Virus record (IMG/VR): IMGVR_UViG_3300009499_000296
Length of the DNA: 64,000 nucleotides
Reading direction: 5' to 3' (one strand)
Source: an uncultured virus (IMG/VR IMGVR_UViG_3300009499_000296)
Taxonomy: Duplodnaviria > Heunggongvirae > Uroviricota > Caudoviricetes
Of the stretch, positions 47,535 to 57,814 are shown one piece after another; the stretch's first letter is position 1; every line of letters starts with the position of its first letter. A model generated the notes under the pieces. That model was not told the DNA's origin and did no database searches. It saw only the letters and a list, made by a program, of their open reading frames with translations. Position numbers and translations under genes: made by a program.

Positions 47535-48265
47535 CGTTTATCCTCCAGTTTCACTCCATACAATCGCTCTATCTTCTCCTGAAAGTAGGCCCACACATTG
47601 GCGGCATTCTCATTAGCCTTCATCACCCCACTCCCCTTCCCCCTGCGATACCTGAAGAGCATTCGATGGATCCCCTGCGCTCTGAAGCCCAACAAGTGAG
47701 CCTCCATGAAGAATAACCAATCCTCCCAACCGTAGTGCTCTGGCTTATGTAACTCAGGGTCATAGCCTGTTCTGTTCTTCTCCCTGACAGCTTCCCACAC
47801 ATCTTTCTTGAAGAGCGTCGTGTTGACCATCTCGTTGTGGTCGAGTATGACCTTGGCTAATTTCTCGGGTGTCCTGGGGGGGCATCTCACACTGCCCCTG
47901 TACTTCCCAAAGTACGAATAGTCAGGATAAGCCAAGTCCACCCCAGCACTGAGTACCTGTAGGCCCGTCTCTATCATGTCTGGCTCTAACAGGTCATCTG
48001 CATCCAAGGGCAGTATCACATCGCACCCCCTGTCAATGAGAAACTCGATACCCGTGTTTCTAGCAGCGGAAGGGCCCTTGTTTTCGTCGTGGCGGAGGAG
48101 GTGAGGCTGAAGAGCCAAGCACGCCCTGACAACTGGCCAGGCCTCTTCAGAAGCATCGTCTACTACGACAACGCAAGAAGGCCTCACTGTCTGCCAGGCC
48201 ACACTCTCCAGTGCTTCACCCAAGAGGTGGGCTTGGTTGTAAACCGGTATGACTACCCCTACCAC
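47510..48265 (-). CDS. GT2 (GT-A) glycosyltransferase
   Basis: VVIPVYN, VVDDAS, NKGPSAARNTG, LDADD, WEDW. Confidence 0.92.
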   Translation of the reverse strand: MVGVVIPVYNQAHLLGEALESVAWQTVRPSCVVVVDDASEEAWPVVRACLALQPHLLRHDENKGPSAARNTGIEFLIDRGCDVILPLDADDLLEPDMIETGLQVLSAGVDLAYPDYSYFGKYRGSVRCPPRTPEKLAKVILDHNEMVNTTLFKKDVWEAVREKNRTGYDPELHKPEHYGWEDWLFFMEAHLLGFRAQGIHRMLFRYRRGKGSGVMKANENAANVWAYFQEKIERLYGVKLEDKRWDSPRNN

Positions 48266-48471
48266 TCCTTTACCTCCTGCACAATTTGATATTTCAGGGC
48301 AGCAACAAGGGCCGCCGTAGCATTGAGCGCCCCCTCAGTGAGGTCGGCAATGTCGTATTTCAGGGTGAAATTCATATCCCCAAGCCTACCGTGAACCAGT
48401 ATCTCTCTGGAAGAGGGACCGACACCCCACTCTCGCTTCTTGTACTGTATCTCTCTAATGGTGATTTTCAT
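48259..48471 (-). CDS. hypothetical protein
   Basis: translationally coupled within the cluster. Confidence 0.5.
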   Translation of the reverse strand: MKITIREIQYKKREWGVGPSSREILVHGRLGDMNFTLKYDIADLTEGALNATAALVAALKYQIVQEVKEW

Positions 48472-49436
48472 TATGCCTCCGTGTGTTTAAGATACCATTC
48501 CACTGTTGCCTTCAGCCCAGCCATAAGATTCGGCTCGGGGAGCCAGCCCGTCTTCTCCACCAGCTTGTCAATGTTCGATCCCCTCCGTGGGTATCCATCA
48601 GGGAGAGAAGTGTCGAAGGTGAGCAGCTTCTTCACTCCTATCACATCCTGAATGAGTAGTGCTAGCTCCTTAATACTGACTCTGTTGTGGGGATTGCCTA
48701 TGTTCACCGGGTCAGCCTCTGGATAGTGTTGCAGCACCTTCATCAGCCCTGTCGCTGCGTCCTTAGCCAATAAGAACTCCCTGATTGGCTCGCCTGTGCC
48801 GTAGACCTTCACTACCTCGTCCTCAAGCGTGCGCTTGATAAGAGCAGGTATCACATGGGAGGTCTCTTCGTCAAAGTAGTCGCGAGGGCCGAAGCAGTTA
48901 GAGAACCGTGTGATGGCAATCTTTATGCTACGCTCCGCAGCTACCCATTGAGCATATCGCTCCCCCATCCTCTTGGCCCAACCGTATCCCGCGTTGGTGG
49001 ATTCGGGGTCCCCCCTGTGCCCCTCGCTCTCTAAGGCGGGGAACCTGACATTGTGGGGGTAGACACATACCGTACTGACCTGAGCGTACAAAGGCACACC
49101 TGCTTCGGCACAGAGCGAAAGGGGTACAGTCTGGAGTAGCAAATTCTGATAAAACATCTCGGCATGATGCTTCCGGTTGTAGTGCATTCCTGTTACCCTG
49201 GCTGCCAAGTTGAATACGGCGTCCCTATCAACAAGGTCATAGAGATCATGGCTCTGAACGGCATTGGTGTGACGGAACTCACAGAGCACACCCTCTAAGT
49301 TGCTCATACGCCCACGGCTCAGGTTGTCCATTACCAAGACATCCGCCCCTGCCTCCACGAGCAGCTCGACCAGGTGGGAGCCTATCATGCCAGCACCACC
49401 AATCACAGCAACCCTCATTCCTTCGTAAAAGCTCAT
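48471..49436 (-). CDS. NAD-dependent nucleotide-sugar epimerase/reductase (GDP-fucose-synthase/GME-like)
   Basis: GGAGMIG, YGWAK, HVIPALI, GTGEPIREFL. Confidence 0.9.
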   Translation of the reverse strand: MSFYEGMRVAVIGGAGMIGSHLVELLVEAGADVLVMDNLSRGRMSNLEGVLCEFRHTNAVQSHDLYDLVDRDAVFNLAARVTGMHYNRKHHAEMFYQNLLLQTVPLSLCAEAGVPLYAQVSTVCVYPHNVRFPALESEGHRGDPESTNAGYGWAKRMGERYAQWVAAERSIKIAITRFSNCFGPRDYFDEETSHVIPALIKRTLEDEVVKVYGTGEPIREFLLAKDAATGLMKVLQHYPEADPVNIGNPHNRVSIKELALLIQDVIGVKKLLTFDTSLPDGYPRRGSNIDKLVEKTGWLPEPNLMAGLKATVEWYLKHTEA

Positions 49437-49453
49437 TTCCTCAACCTCCTTAC

Positions 49454-50047
49454 TTACTCAAAGTTGATCTCAAACTCAGCCCTGCTTCGTTTGATTGCTA
49501 CACCGTAATGCCTGTGCGTCTTGATGTCAGGCTCGTCATCACTATACCCAACAAACAACAAGCAGGCTAGAAGATAGCGATCAGTGATGTTCAGCACCTG
49601 GCGAATCGCAAACTCCTTCCGGCTAAGCTCTTTCGGCTCGACCGACTGCCAGCATGTTCTCAATCCAAGCGATTCTGCTATCAGCATCATGCTCATCATC
49701 GCACAGGCTGTGTCCTGCCAGATGAACCTGCTCCATGGGTGCGAGAGAGCGAGATTGAACCCTAGTGGATGAGGCTTCTCAAGGTCAAACAAAACAGCAA
49801 TAACCACCGGAGGATGAACCTTACGAAACCACGGCGCTGAGTTCTCACAGATGATGGCAATCACTTCTTTACCCTTGACAGTAAGAATTCTGGTCTTTTG
49901 GGAGTTGCACGCTGATGGCGCATACATGCCGGCAACGATGATGTGTTCAAGTTTCTCCAGCTCAACATCTCTCGCAGACCAACAACGAACGCTTCTTCTT
50001 CCCTTAATGAGCTCCATCAAGTCTTTCTGTTTCACTCTATACACCAA
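49454..50047 (-). CDS. nitroreductase family flavoprotein
   Basis: RRSVR, APSACNSQ, AESLGLRTCW. Confidence 0.88.
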   Translation of the reverse strand: MVYRVKQKDLMELIKGRRSVRCWSARDVELEKLEHIIVAGMYAPSACNSQKTRILTVKGKEVIAIICENSAPWFRKVHPPVVIAVLFDLEKPHPLGFNLALSHPWSRFIWQDTACAMMSMMLIAESLGLRTCWQSVEPKELSRKEFAIRQVLNITDRYLLACLLFVGYSDDEPDIKTHRHYGVAIKRSRAEFEINFE

Positions 50048-51005
50048 GAAGCGCCTCCTTCAGGTTCGAGAAGAATGGCTTCAAATCTACATGTTGATAC
50101 TCTCGTTCGATGACTTTCTCAACAGCTACCGGCACCTGGTCAGAATTCGATACGAATTCAACCGCCGAGGACAACAGCTCTCTAAAACCAGAAATCTTAT
50201 GTGGTATCCTATCGTCTATGGCCACGCATGGTGTATTGGTGAGTGTGGCAAAAATCATGGCGTGCATCCTATCAGTCACAACTGCCTTGAAGTGGGGATA
50301 GTGTCTCAAAACACTATCTATGTACTGGCCTCGGACAGAATCAGTCAGATCACACTGGCTAACCTGCACGTCTTTCGCAACGACATCAAACCTCGCTCTC
50401 AGCTTGGCCATCATTGCTTTTTTCATCTCCGAAGTCAACGCCGCCTCATGGTCATTTCTAATCACAACAAGCACACCGCTCCTCTCACCGTACTCGAAGT
50501 TCGGTCTCAAGTAGAAAGCAAAATCAGGCACCATCATACTCTTGCATGTGAAGTTGGCCTCTAAGATTCTATGGCTGACTGGCTCCCTGGCCATCAGCAG
50601 CACATTTCTACGCGCGTCAAGGAAGCTCTTATCCTCTGCAAGCACACGCGCACAACCCTCAAGAGTCAAACGTGGCCCACGGCTACTGACAGGATAGTAC
50701 GATACAGTCACGGGTAGTTGAACAACCCTGCATGGCAGGGTCATTATCTTCTTCCTCACACCATGCCAGATTGGATCAAGAGTGCCAAAATCGCCGCTGC
50801 TATGAATAAACACCAGGTCATTATCATCCACAGTCTCAAACAGAGAAGGCAACCTGCGCACGGTTTCTTCTCTATCTTTTCGCTCAACCTCCCACTCAGG
50901 AAGAAAGTCAGTGATCCACTTCTGGACTGCTACCACCTGCGCATGGTCGCCAACGCTTCGATTAGACGCCGGAAAGTTGCCAAGCCAAAGAATCTTCTTC
51001 ATCAT
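50037..51005 (-). CDS. polysaccharide pyruvyl transferase
   Basis: SVGDHAQ, SGDFG, AREPVS, VPDFAF, TDRMHAMIF, HKISG. Confidence 0.85.
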   Translation of the reverse strand: MMKKILWLGNFPASNRSVGDHAQVVAVQKWITDFLPEWEVERKDREETVRRLPSLFETVDDNDLVFIHSSGDFGTLDPIWHGVRKKIMTLPCRVVQLPVTVSYYPVSSRGPRLTLEGCARVLAEDKSFLDARRNVLLMAREPVSHRILEANFTCKSMMVPDFAFYLRPNFEYGERSGVLVVIRNDHEAALTSEMKKAMMAKLRARFDVVAKDVQVSQCDLTDSVRGQYIDSVLRHYPHFKAVVTDRMHAMIFATLTNTPCVAIDDRIPHKISGFRELLSSAVEFVSNSDQVPVAVEKVIEREYQHVDLKPFFSNLKEALLGV

Positions 51006-51703
51006 ATCCTCGACCCAAAACAACTCACTGTGGTAGCCCTCTTCTCACTCAGAATCTTACCGAGCGGCTTCGCAGGAAAATGCCTGGTCACCTTATACAT
51101 GAAGATCCCATCAGCATGAAACTCATCGGCTTTAGAGCAATTCGTGTATGGGTAACTGAGAGAATCAAGACAGCTACTATGAAAGCAAAACTGACCACCA
51201 TCAATGGCGCCATCCGGAGACCTCTTAGCGCCAAAGACACAAGCCGGATTCAGAGACTCCCCCCAACCCACAGGACCCATCTTGGTCCTTTTACCATCAA
51301 CCATTCGTGTGAGCCTAAGGCCATGATAGCATGCCTTCACGTCAGCGTTCTCCTTGAAAAACCTGTCTATCTCCTCAAGACAATTAGGGTAGAGGATGTC
51401 ATCATCAGCCAGCCAGAGAATCAGCTCTGCTTGTTGCTTCAATTCTCTGAAGTACTTGTCATGAAGCACCACATGAACCGGCAGCCGTTTTCTCTCATCG
51501 TCTGAGAACGCTTCTTCAAAGAGAGTGATCCTAGAGTCATTGAATGACTTAATCACCTCCATCGTCTTGGTCTTCTCAGTTGTACTATTGTCAACCACAG
51601 CGTAGATGAAATCGCCAAAGGTCTGAGCCAGCACGCTGTTGATCGCATCGCCAACATACCCTGGCTTATTGTACGACAGCGTCAATATCCCGAACCTCTT
51701 CAA
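51002..51703 (-). CDS. GT2 glycosyltransferase
   Basis: SYNKPGYVGDAINSVLAQT, VVDNS, LADDD. Confidence 0.85.
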   Translation of the reverse strand: MKRFGILTLSYNKPGYVGDAINSVLAQTFGDFIYAVVDNSTTEKTKTMEVIKSFNDSRITLFEEAFSDDERKRLPVHVVLHDKYFRELKQQAELILWLADDDILYPNCLEEIDRFFKENADVKACYHGLRLTRMVDGKRTKMGPVGWGESLNPACVFGAKRSPDGAIDGGQFCFHSSCLDSLSYPYTNCSKADEFHADGIFMYKVTRHFPAKPLGKILSEKRATTVSCFGSRI

Positions 51704-51706
51704 TCT

Positions 51707-52363
51707 CTATCTCCTTCTCAAGTACCCACCAGGATTGGCAGTCACGAAAAATTTCTCCCGGGACCTATCTATGATGAATTGGTCGTTGGTCTTCAGGAAC
51801 TCTTGCACTGCTTCAAACGGCCCTTCCCCCCAGCCAGGCAACGTTGGGTGCCCATTGAGAGCCGTGTCCTCCACTATCATGTAGCTACCGGATGACACCA
51901 GCCCAGCATACACTTTCATCTCGGCAAGAACATGCGCCTTAATGTGATTTGAATCGAGATCAACTAGCACAACATCACCTGGTCGAATCAGCGACCTCAC
52001 CCTGCCTACAATCTCAGGCGCAATAGATGAGCCCTTCAAAAAGGTGATTCCCTCGTGTACCGGCAACCCTTCAGGCTTGAACCAATCAAAGTGATGGTCT
52101 CCATGAATCGGCGGGTACTGAACATCTATACTCACCACCCTACCGCGACCAACAAGATCAAGAATGTTAGCCATGAACAGGGCGCTGCCACCGAACTGCG
52201 TCCCGCACTCCACAATGATGTCAGGCTTCACCTCACTTATGATCTCCTGCAACGTCCAGAGATCCTGCGGATACTTTGACACCGGGTAGCCAAACCATCT
52301 CGTGTTCTGCCACACGTGTGAGTCAGAGTAGAACCGCTGAAACTCCTCAACTATCTTCTCCAT
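51707..52363 (-). CDS. CmcI/cephalosporin-hydroxylase-family (rhamnosyl O-)methyltransferase
   Basis: KYPQDLW, KPDIIVECGTQFGGSALF, DLDSNH, YMIVEDT. Confidence 0.9.
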   Translation of the reverse strand: MEKIVEEFQRFYSDSHVWQNTRWFGYPVSKYPQDLWTLQEIISEVKPDIIVECGTQFGGSALFMANILDLVGRGRVVSIDVQYPPIHGDHHFDWFKPEGLPVHEGITFLKGSSIAPEIVGRVRSLIRPGDVVLVDLDSNHIKAHVLAEMKVYAGLVSSGSYMIVEDTALNGHPTLPGWGEGPFEAVQEFLKTNDQFIIDRSREKFFVTANPGGYLRRR

Positions 52364-52397
52364 TTTACGGTCTGTCCCCCAAAGTTTAAGATACTTA

Positions 52398-52898
52398 TCA
52401 TTTCCGTATCCAGCCTACTATTTCTGAGCCAGGCGTATTGGCTCTGCCATCTGTGGCTGTCTCCATACCTAGTCTCCTGAGACTTGGGCGGTACACCGAC
52501 CAGTAGTGCTGCTCTGTTGGGTTGCCTTGATATACACCTTGGGGATACCTCCCCCAAGGCGCTGCTACTGCCAACAATTGATGTGTGATAGCAAGTAATC
52601 GCTCTATCACATGTGGAAACTCTTTCTGCTCAACGTGCTCAGGGCCATGCCACCACCAGACATAATCAAACCCATCCGATATAGGCAGCGCCCGCACATC
52701 ACCAAGCACAATGTTACACAGACGCGGATCCCCCGTAAAGTCACGGGCGTTCTTGGGCCAGATCTCAAGAAGCGTAATTTCATTTCCAGCGTCAGCTAAC
52801 TCGGTAAGCCAGGCACACGCATCTAGCCGGGCACCGATATACAACAGTGTCCCTGGCTTCTCAAAGGGCTCAGGAATATGGGGCCGAATGTCGTGCAT
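52398..52898 (-). CDS. class I SAM-dependent methyltransferase-like protein
   Basis: LLYIGA, LEIW, GDVR, FDYVWWWHGPEH. Confidence 0.65.
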   Translation of the reverse strand: MHDIRPHIPEPFEKPGTLLYIGARLDACAWLTELADAGNEITLLEIWPKNARDFTGDPRLCNIVLGDVRALPISDGFDYVWWWHGPEHVEQKEFPHVIERLLAITHQLLAVAAPWGRYPQGVYQGNPTEQHYWSVYRPSLRRLGMETATDGRANTPGSEIVGWIRK

Positions 52899-53009
52899 TA
52901 TGTGACTAACTCCTTACCATAGTATGGATGAAGCTGCATCTTTGGGGGCATTATGCCCTTGTCAAACGGTTCGGGATACCACCACACAACAGCGGGGTGT
53001 ACGCTGTGA

Positions 53010-53888
53010 TCATACTATCTCCATAGTAGAGGGCATAGGTAGCCCACCTACTGCCTGCCTGACCATCTTCCCAAAGGTGTACTCACCACACATCATCCGG
53101 TGAGTCCTTCGCCCCATCGCTTGCCACCAGTTGTAGTCATCGTTCAGCAGCCGAGCTGCTCTGCCTATTAGCTCATCGTACTCTACTTCTATGATACAAT
53201 GGTCGTCACCACCACGGGTGTAGGGGTAGGCGTCGCTACATGCCTCGGTAAGGATGGGCAATCCAAAGGCAGCGGCCAACGAGAACCGCAGGGGCTCCAG
53301 GGCAGGGAAGTCATCCTGGTGAACGTTCAGCATGAAACCCGATTCACACAAGGCCTTCTTCCGCTCATCACCCCAACCGTTGGGAGCCATGCGGATGTTA
53401 CGTTTTGTGAATTGGGCGCAGATGTGGTTACGTCTCCCATTCTGGTAGCTCATGTGAGCAAAGTCATACTCTCGGGGTCCCTTCTCTGTGGTGCCCAGCC
53501 CTGGGTGGCTCCCCAATATCACAAACCTCACCCGGTCATCATGCATGTGGAACACCAGGTATTTGTCACTGAGCCACACCTCATCGAAATACCAGTCATC
53601 CAGCGCCTCTTTGCATCCCTGCCTATAGGCTGCCATGCCGTAGGAGCCACCGGGGCGCTCAAGGCACCACCAGACCACTCTTGCTCTGTAATTATCATCT
53701 CGGTGTGCATCCCGGTGTGGCTTCCACTCCCCATTGAGAGGGGACACGATGTAGACTGCCTCACGAGAAAAGTTCACCTCATCCACATAACAAGTGGGAA
53801 AACCAGACAGCCCTACGAGCTTCCAGTAGTCAGTATATGAATCATATGAGTAGCGGGTTTGGGCGAATACTATGGGCCGTTCTGTCAC
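53010..53888 (-). CDS. GT-B glycosyltransferase-like protein
   Basis: GWGDERKKAL...FMLNVHQ...LEPLRF...PILTE. Confidence 0.65.
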   Translation of the reverse strand: MTERPIVFAQTRYSYDSYTDYWKLVGLSGFPTCYVDEVNFSREAVYIVSPLNGEWKPHRDAHRDDNYRARVVWWCLERPGGSYGMAAYRQGCKEALDDWYFDEVWLSDKYLVFHMHDDRVRFVILGSHPGLGTTEKGPREYDFAHMSYQNGRRNHICAQFTKRNIRMAPNGWGDERKKALCESGFMLNVHQDDFPALEPLRFSLAAAFGLPILTEACSDAYPYTRGGDDHCIIEVEYDELIGRAARLLNDDYNWWQAMGRRTHRMMCGEYTFGKMVRQAVGGLPMPSTMEIV

Positions 53889-53892
53889 TTGG

Positions 53893-55515
53893 TTACCTCC
53901 ATGGATGCCACCCGATAAGGGCCTGGAGTTCAGCGATCCTATCCAACCAGGTGTATTTCTCATGGACTAACTCGCTGCCCTCTCGGGCTATACGTTGTCG
54001 GATACTGTCGTGCTCCAAATAGTAGTCAATCTTGCGCACCAAATCATCGTAATCCGACCATGTTTCAAGGTGTATGCCCCGCTTAAACTCTTCCTCGATG
54101 CCAGGGTAGTCGTGGGTCACGTAGAAAGCACCACTGCCCATCGCGCGAAACAGGCGGTTAGATGTGTAGCGGCGCAAAGAAAGGTGGGATTGTCCAACGG
54201 CGATCTTGCAAGTCCTGTAGCAGGCTGCTTCTTGGCACCAATCCAGCCTCTTGGTAGGAAAGGGCCAGCCAGCACCGTAGACACCGAAATTGTCGCCGTA
54301 CCTTTGCCGAAGAAATTTCACCATATCCAAGCGGTGATCCGAGAGTGGGAAGTGACCTGGGTAATTGTTGCCAAGGAAGACAATCGGTGGGTAGCTATCC
54401 CCTGCATGGCTCCAAGGATGAAGAAGGTGATGCCACCAGCCAATCTGTAGGTAGTCTGCCTGTATACCACCCTTGCGGAACTCCTCTACCCAGTCCATGT
54501 TAGTAACCAGCGTCCAATCAATCTCCTTGCCCAGCTCGAAGTACCATCCAGGAATAGGAGCTCGCACGTCACCTGACCAGTTGACAATCACCCGTCCCTC
54601 ATCTTTCATCAGGCGAGCCGTTCTCACATCTATAATACCTGGGGTCTGCAACTGCATAAATACCAAACTGGGGTCCCATTGGTCACAGGCAATAATCGCC
54701 TCCTCCCTGACCCTTGGCCCCAGCTTTCTCCAGTCTAACTGCTTGTATTCCCCCATTGACCTCAAGGCTCTCTCTAAGCCCGGTTGGTTTTCGCCTGGTA
54801 CATTTAGAGCTATATGGAGTATCCTTCTTCTAAATCCTGTAGGTTCATCAATCCCTTTTCTCAAGGAGTAGAACTTCTCGCTATCAGGATTTACCCCCTC
54901 AGGGTTATTTATGTCTCTGAGTTTGTCTTTGGTTGCTAGGTCATGTACTCGGCAATCTCTCAACCCTACAACCTCGTAGCCCATCTCCATGATGCGACAA
55001 CTTAACTCGCAGTCCCCTCCATAAGTGTAGAACATGTCGGACCACCACCCCGCTCTATCCCCCAGTTCCCTACGAGTCATCCCCTTGTTGGCGTAGACTC
55101 TTCCAAATACGTGGTCAAACCGATAGTCGGGGCTATACAGGTCGAAGGCAAAAGCCACCTGCCCCACTTCGGGATGGGCCTTCATGTAATTGTACGCCCG
55201 GGCAATGCAATCACCCTGTACTTCATCATCGTCATTGATGTGAACGCAAAAGGGAGCTCTTGCCAGCCTCCATCCAGCAGTGAAGGCCCGACAGGCTCCC
55301 GTGAGTTTGCCCTGTTCCACAACCAGCACATCTTCTTGTTGATGCAACCACGCCAGCGTACCATCTGTACTTCCAGCGTCTACGACTATAATCTCATAGG
55401 GAATGTCTTCCACCGAGTCCCTAACGCAATAGATACACGACTTGAGTGCTTCCAGCCTATTCCAGGTGCCGAGGATGATACTTATCTCCACGTCACCTAT
55501 TTGGTTTCCACCCAT
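53893..55515 (-). CDS. fused GT2 plus CgeB-like GT-B glycosyltransferase
   Basis: VVDAGSTDGT, NDDD, YGGDCE; C-terminal TSNRLFRAMGSG...KIDYYLEH. Confidence 0.88.
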   Translation of the reverse strand: MGGNQIGDVEISIILGTWNRLEALKSCIYCVRDSVEDIPYEIIVVDAGSTDGTLAWLHQQEDVLVVEQGKLTGACRAFTAGWRLARAPFCVHINDDDEVQGDCIARAYNYMKAHPEVGQVAFAFDLYSPDYRFDHVFGRVYANKGMTRRELGDRAGWWSDMFYTYGGDCELSCRIMEMGYEVVGLRDCRVHDLATKDKLRDINNPEGVNPDSEKFYSLRKGIDEPTGFRRRILHIALNVPGENQPGLERALRSMGEYKQLDWRKLGPRVREEAIIACDQWDPSLVFMQLQTPGIIDVRTARLMKDEGRVIVNWSGDVRAPIPGWYFELGKEIDWTLVTNMDWVEEFRKGGIQADYLQIGWWHHLLHPWSHAGDSYPPIVFLGNNYPGHFPLSDHRLDMVKFLRQRYGDNFGVYGAGWPFPTKRLDWCQEAACYRTCKIAVGQSHLSLRRYTSNRLFRAMGSGAFYVTHDYPGIEEEFKRGIHLETWSDYDDLVRKIDYYLEHDSIRQRIAREGSELVHEKYTWLDRIAELQALIGWHPWR

Positions 55516-55577
55516 GCTCCATTCACCCCCTTAAATGTAGTCGGGCGATGGCCAAATGTAGTCGGATGATGGCCAGG

Positions 55578-55715
55578 TCATCTTTCCCTCCGTCCCCTGT
55601 AGGGGCTGCGGTACCCCCTAGGGAGTCTCATCGGGACGTTTAAATCTTCTTCTGGCAAGCTGCCTCCCAGTCTCTTAATGGCCCAGTTCTTTATTCGTTG
55701 CCACAGCTTCTTCAT
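55578..55715 (-). CDS. small basic protein
   Basis: GGAGG RBS. Confidence 0.5.
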   Translation of the reverse strand: MKKLWQRIKNWAIKRLGGSLPEEDLNVPMRLPRGYRSPYRGRRER

Positions 55716-55749
55716 TGTCCCTCCAGCAGTGGACTCGCTGCCAACCACT

Positions 55750-56001
55750 TCACGCCCGACGGTTCCGCTTGCGTGATTTTTTTGCCTGTTTTCGGGCCTT
55801 GCGCCGCTTGGCAGCCCACCCAGACAGCTTCCCACCCGAAGTCAGACTCACGTGTGCCTCCATAGAACCCGCTAGTTTCTTCTGAGCTGCTGTCTCGAGT
55901 TTGGGAGGCAGAACTTCATAGAGCTTAGCCCGCTCGGGAAAGTGGGCGCGTATTTGTTCTAGCAGTTCCTCTGATATGAGATGCCCGTCATTGGGATTCA
56001 T
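55750..56001 (-). CDS. hypothetical protein with a basic tail
   Basis: AAGGAGG RBS. Confidence 0.6.
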   Translation of the reverse strand: MNPNDGHLISEELLEQIRAHFPERAKLYEVLPPKLETAAQKKLAGSMEAHVSLTSGGKLSGWAAKRRKARKQAKKSRKRNRRA

Positions 56002-56045
56002 GTGTGCCTCCTTGTGGTCTAACCGGGCGGCATCCCGCCCAATCG

Positions 56046-56300
56046 CTACTCCTCCTTCGGCTCATCTTCCATCTCCTCCAGGATCGCAATAGTTTGGTCA
56101 GCCTCTTTGCGATCTGAGTCCTTTTTGGCTTCAAGCAGATCTGCATAGAAAGTATCCATGAGTTTCTGCCACCAGATAGCGTCAGGAGCTAGGATTACAA
56201 AAGCGCCTTGTTCTGTTTTGGTACATCGGCTAAATAAATGCCTCATCCAGCGAGACCATCTATCGTGCTCTAACTCTGCCAACCGCTCTCTCAGATTCAT
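56046..56300 (-). CDS. hypothetical phage protein
   Basis: LAELEHDRWSRWM...EAKKDSDR; ATGA overlap with TerL. Confidence 0.65.
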   Translation of the reverse strand: MNLRERLAELEHDRWSRWMRHLFSRCTKTEQGAFVILAPDAIWWQKLMDTFYADLLEAKKDSDRKEADQTIAILEEMEDEPKEE

Positions 56301-57811
56301 CTACCTCTCCTCACACCCCTGTTCGCTCTCCTTATTCCTCTTCTAGCCCAAAGGTACGGAAGATTGTCCTGTCTCGGTTCTTTCATCTGCCTCAAAGGGC
56401 GGATCATCCAGGCACTCATCATCAGACATGCCACCAGGTCCTGCGCTATCTTGTCGTCGGGAAGATCGTATTTCCGAGCTTGGGATTTCATTCCCCGAAT
56501 GAAGGGGAAGGACATACCCCGCAGCTCTAACACCATTCTCAGAGCATTGAGGAATCCGAACTTATCCCTTCTGAAGTTTAGCGGCTCGACTATGATTCCC
56601 TCTCTCTCGAAGACGAGCTCGTCCATGTACTTCTGCGTTCCGGTGGTGTCAAACCCACTGTGCCCAGGATACTTCTCCAGGCCATACTTGAAGGATGTCA
56701 TCCACGGCCCGATGCTACCGTTCCCGTACACCCAGTCAAGATAGACTAGTTCCGCCGGCTCCGCCGTTACGTCCCAGCTCATTACTACGCCCGATCCGCG
56801 TTTGGGGGGGTTCCCCGAGCCCGGATCGCCTGCCGTGATATAAACGTGCCCGTCCTCGTAGGGAAGTTCCCATCTCACACAGCCTATTCTTTCCACCTCC
56901 TGGTAGTCAGCTCCCATGACGCCATGCTCGATGAGGTCGTCCATCTGCTCCATCATTTCTACGCTCTCGCAGTTGTCGTAGTGACGCGCAGGGAGGAGCC
57001 TCCCCCTTACCTCGGGCCATTCACACTCAATGTAGGTCGGGACGTCCTCTTCCGGGGTGTCCGCTATTATCAAGCGCAACTGCTCCTCGGTCACGAAGGG
57101 GTTGTGCTTGGCCAGTATCTTGATGGAGATATGATCCGGGTTGTTCCCAAGCCCCCGCTCGTACCTCTCCTTGAGTACATCATCTGTCCCAGGGACGGTA
57201 GTGATGGTAAGAAGGCACAGTCTGGGAACTTGTGTACGTTGTCGGATGCCGCGAAGGCGGCTCCTCAGTGCCTTGACCGTCTCAGCAAAGTCTGCGATCA
57301 GAGCACCCTCGTCGATGTTGCCCTGGTCGAACTCCTCCCCCTCAAGGTAGTCCAGGTACTCCGGTTTAGCCGTCAGGAACTCCATCGTGGACCCGTTCCG
57401 GAACCTGATCTGGGGATAAGGGGCCGCTACAACCCTATCAAGGAGGTGCTCAAGTTTGTCGTTGTTGACGATCTCGTCCCTCAAGAAATCGTACATCAGT
57501 CTGGCCTGCCGCCCAATCGGAGCGAGATTGACGAACTTGAAATAGCTCTTGGTCAGACAGTTTGTAAACCCGAAGGCAGCCATGTTCGTAGTTTTCCCGC
57601 TGGCCCAAGAACCTAACCAAAACTGGTTAGGTTGAGGAGCATAGTACATGGGCTTGACAGCAGGGAGGAACTTGCGCCCCCAGTACCACTCCAGGAGAAT
57701 GTCCACATCCCCCGTCTGTTGGGCAGCTGCCAGTATCGCTATGTCATCGGGTTTCATGGCTCCGAGATGAGTGTCAAGGAGCTCATGTTGGAATGTCTGT
57801 GGAAATTGCAA
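56297..57811 (-). CDS. terL: terminase large subunit
   Basis: Walker A ASGKTT, Walker B NIDEG, HNP, nuclease GDPG...DTTG...QDLVACL. Confidence 0.85.
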   Translation of the reverse strand: MQFPQTFQHELLDTHLGAMKPDDIAILAAAQQTGDVDILLEWYWGRKFLPAVKPMYYAPQPNQFWLGSWASGKTTNMAAFGFTNCLTKSYFKFVNLAPIGRQARLMYDFLRDEIVNNDKLEHLLDRVVAAPYPQIRFRNGSTMEFLTAKPEYLDYLEGEEFDQGNIDEGALIADFAETVKALRSRLRGIRQRTQVPRLCLLTITTVPGTDDVLKERYERGLGNNPDHISIKILAKHNPFVTEEQLRLIIADTPEEDVPTYIECEWPEVRGRLLPARHYDNCESVEMMEQMDDLIEHGVMGADYQEVERIGCVRWELPYEDGHVYITAGDPGSGNPPKRGSGVVMSWDVTAEPAELVYLDWVYGNGSIGPWMTSFKYGLEKYPGHSGFDTTGTQKYMDELVFEREGIIVEPLNFRRDKFGFLNALRMVLELRGMSFPFIRGMKSQARKYDLPDDKIAQDLVACLMMSAWMIRPLRQMKEPRQDNLPYLWARRGIRRANRGVRRGR

Positions 57812-57814
57812 CTG

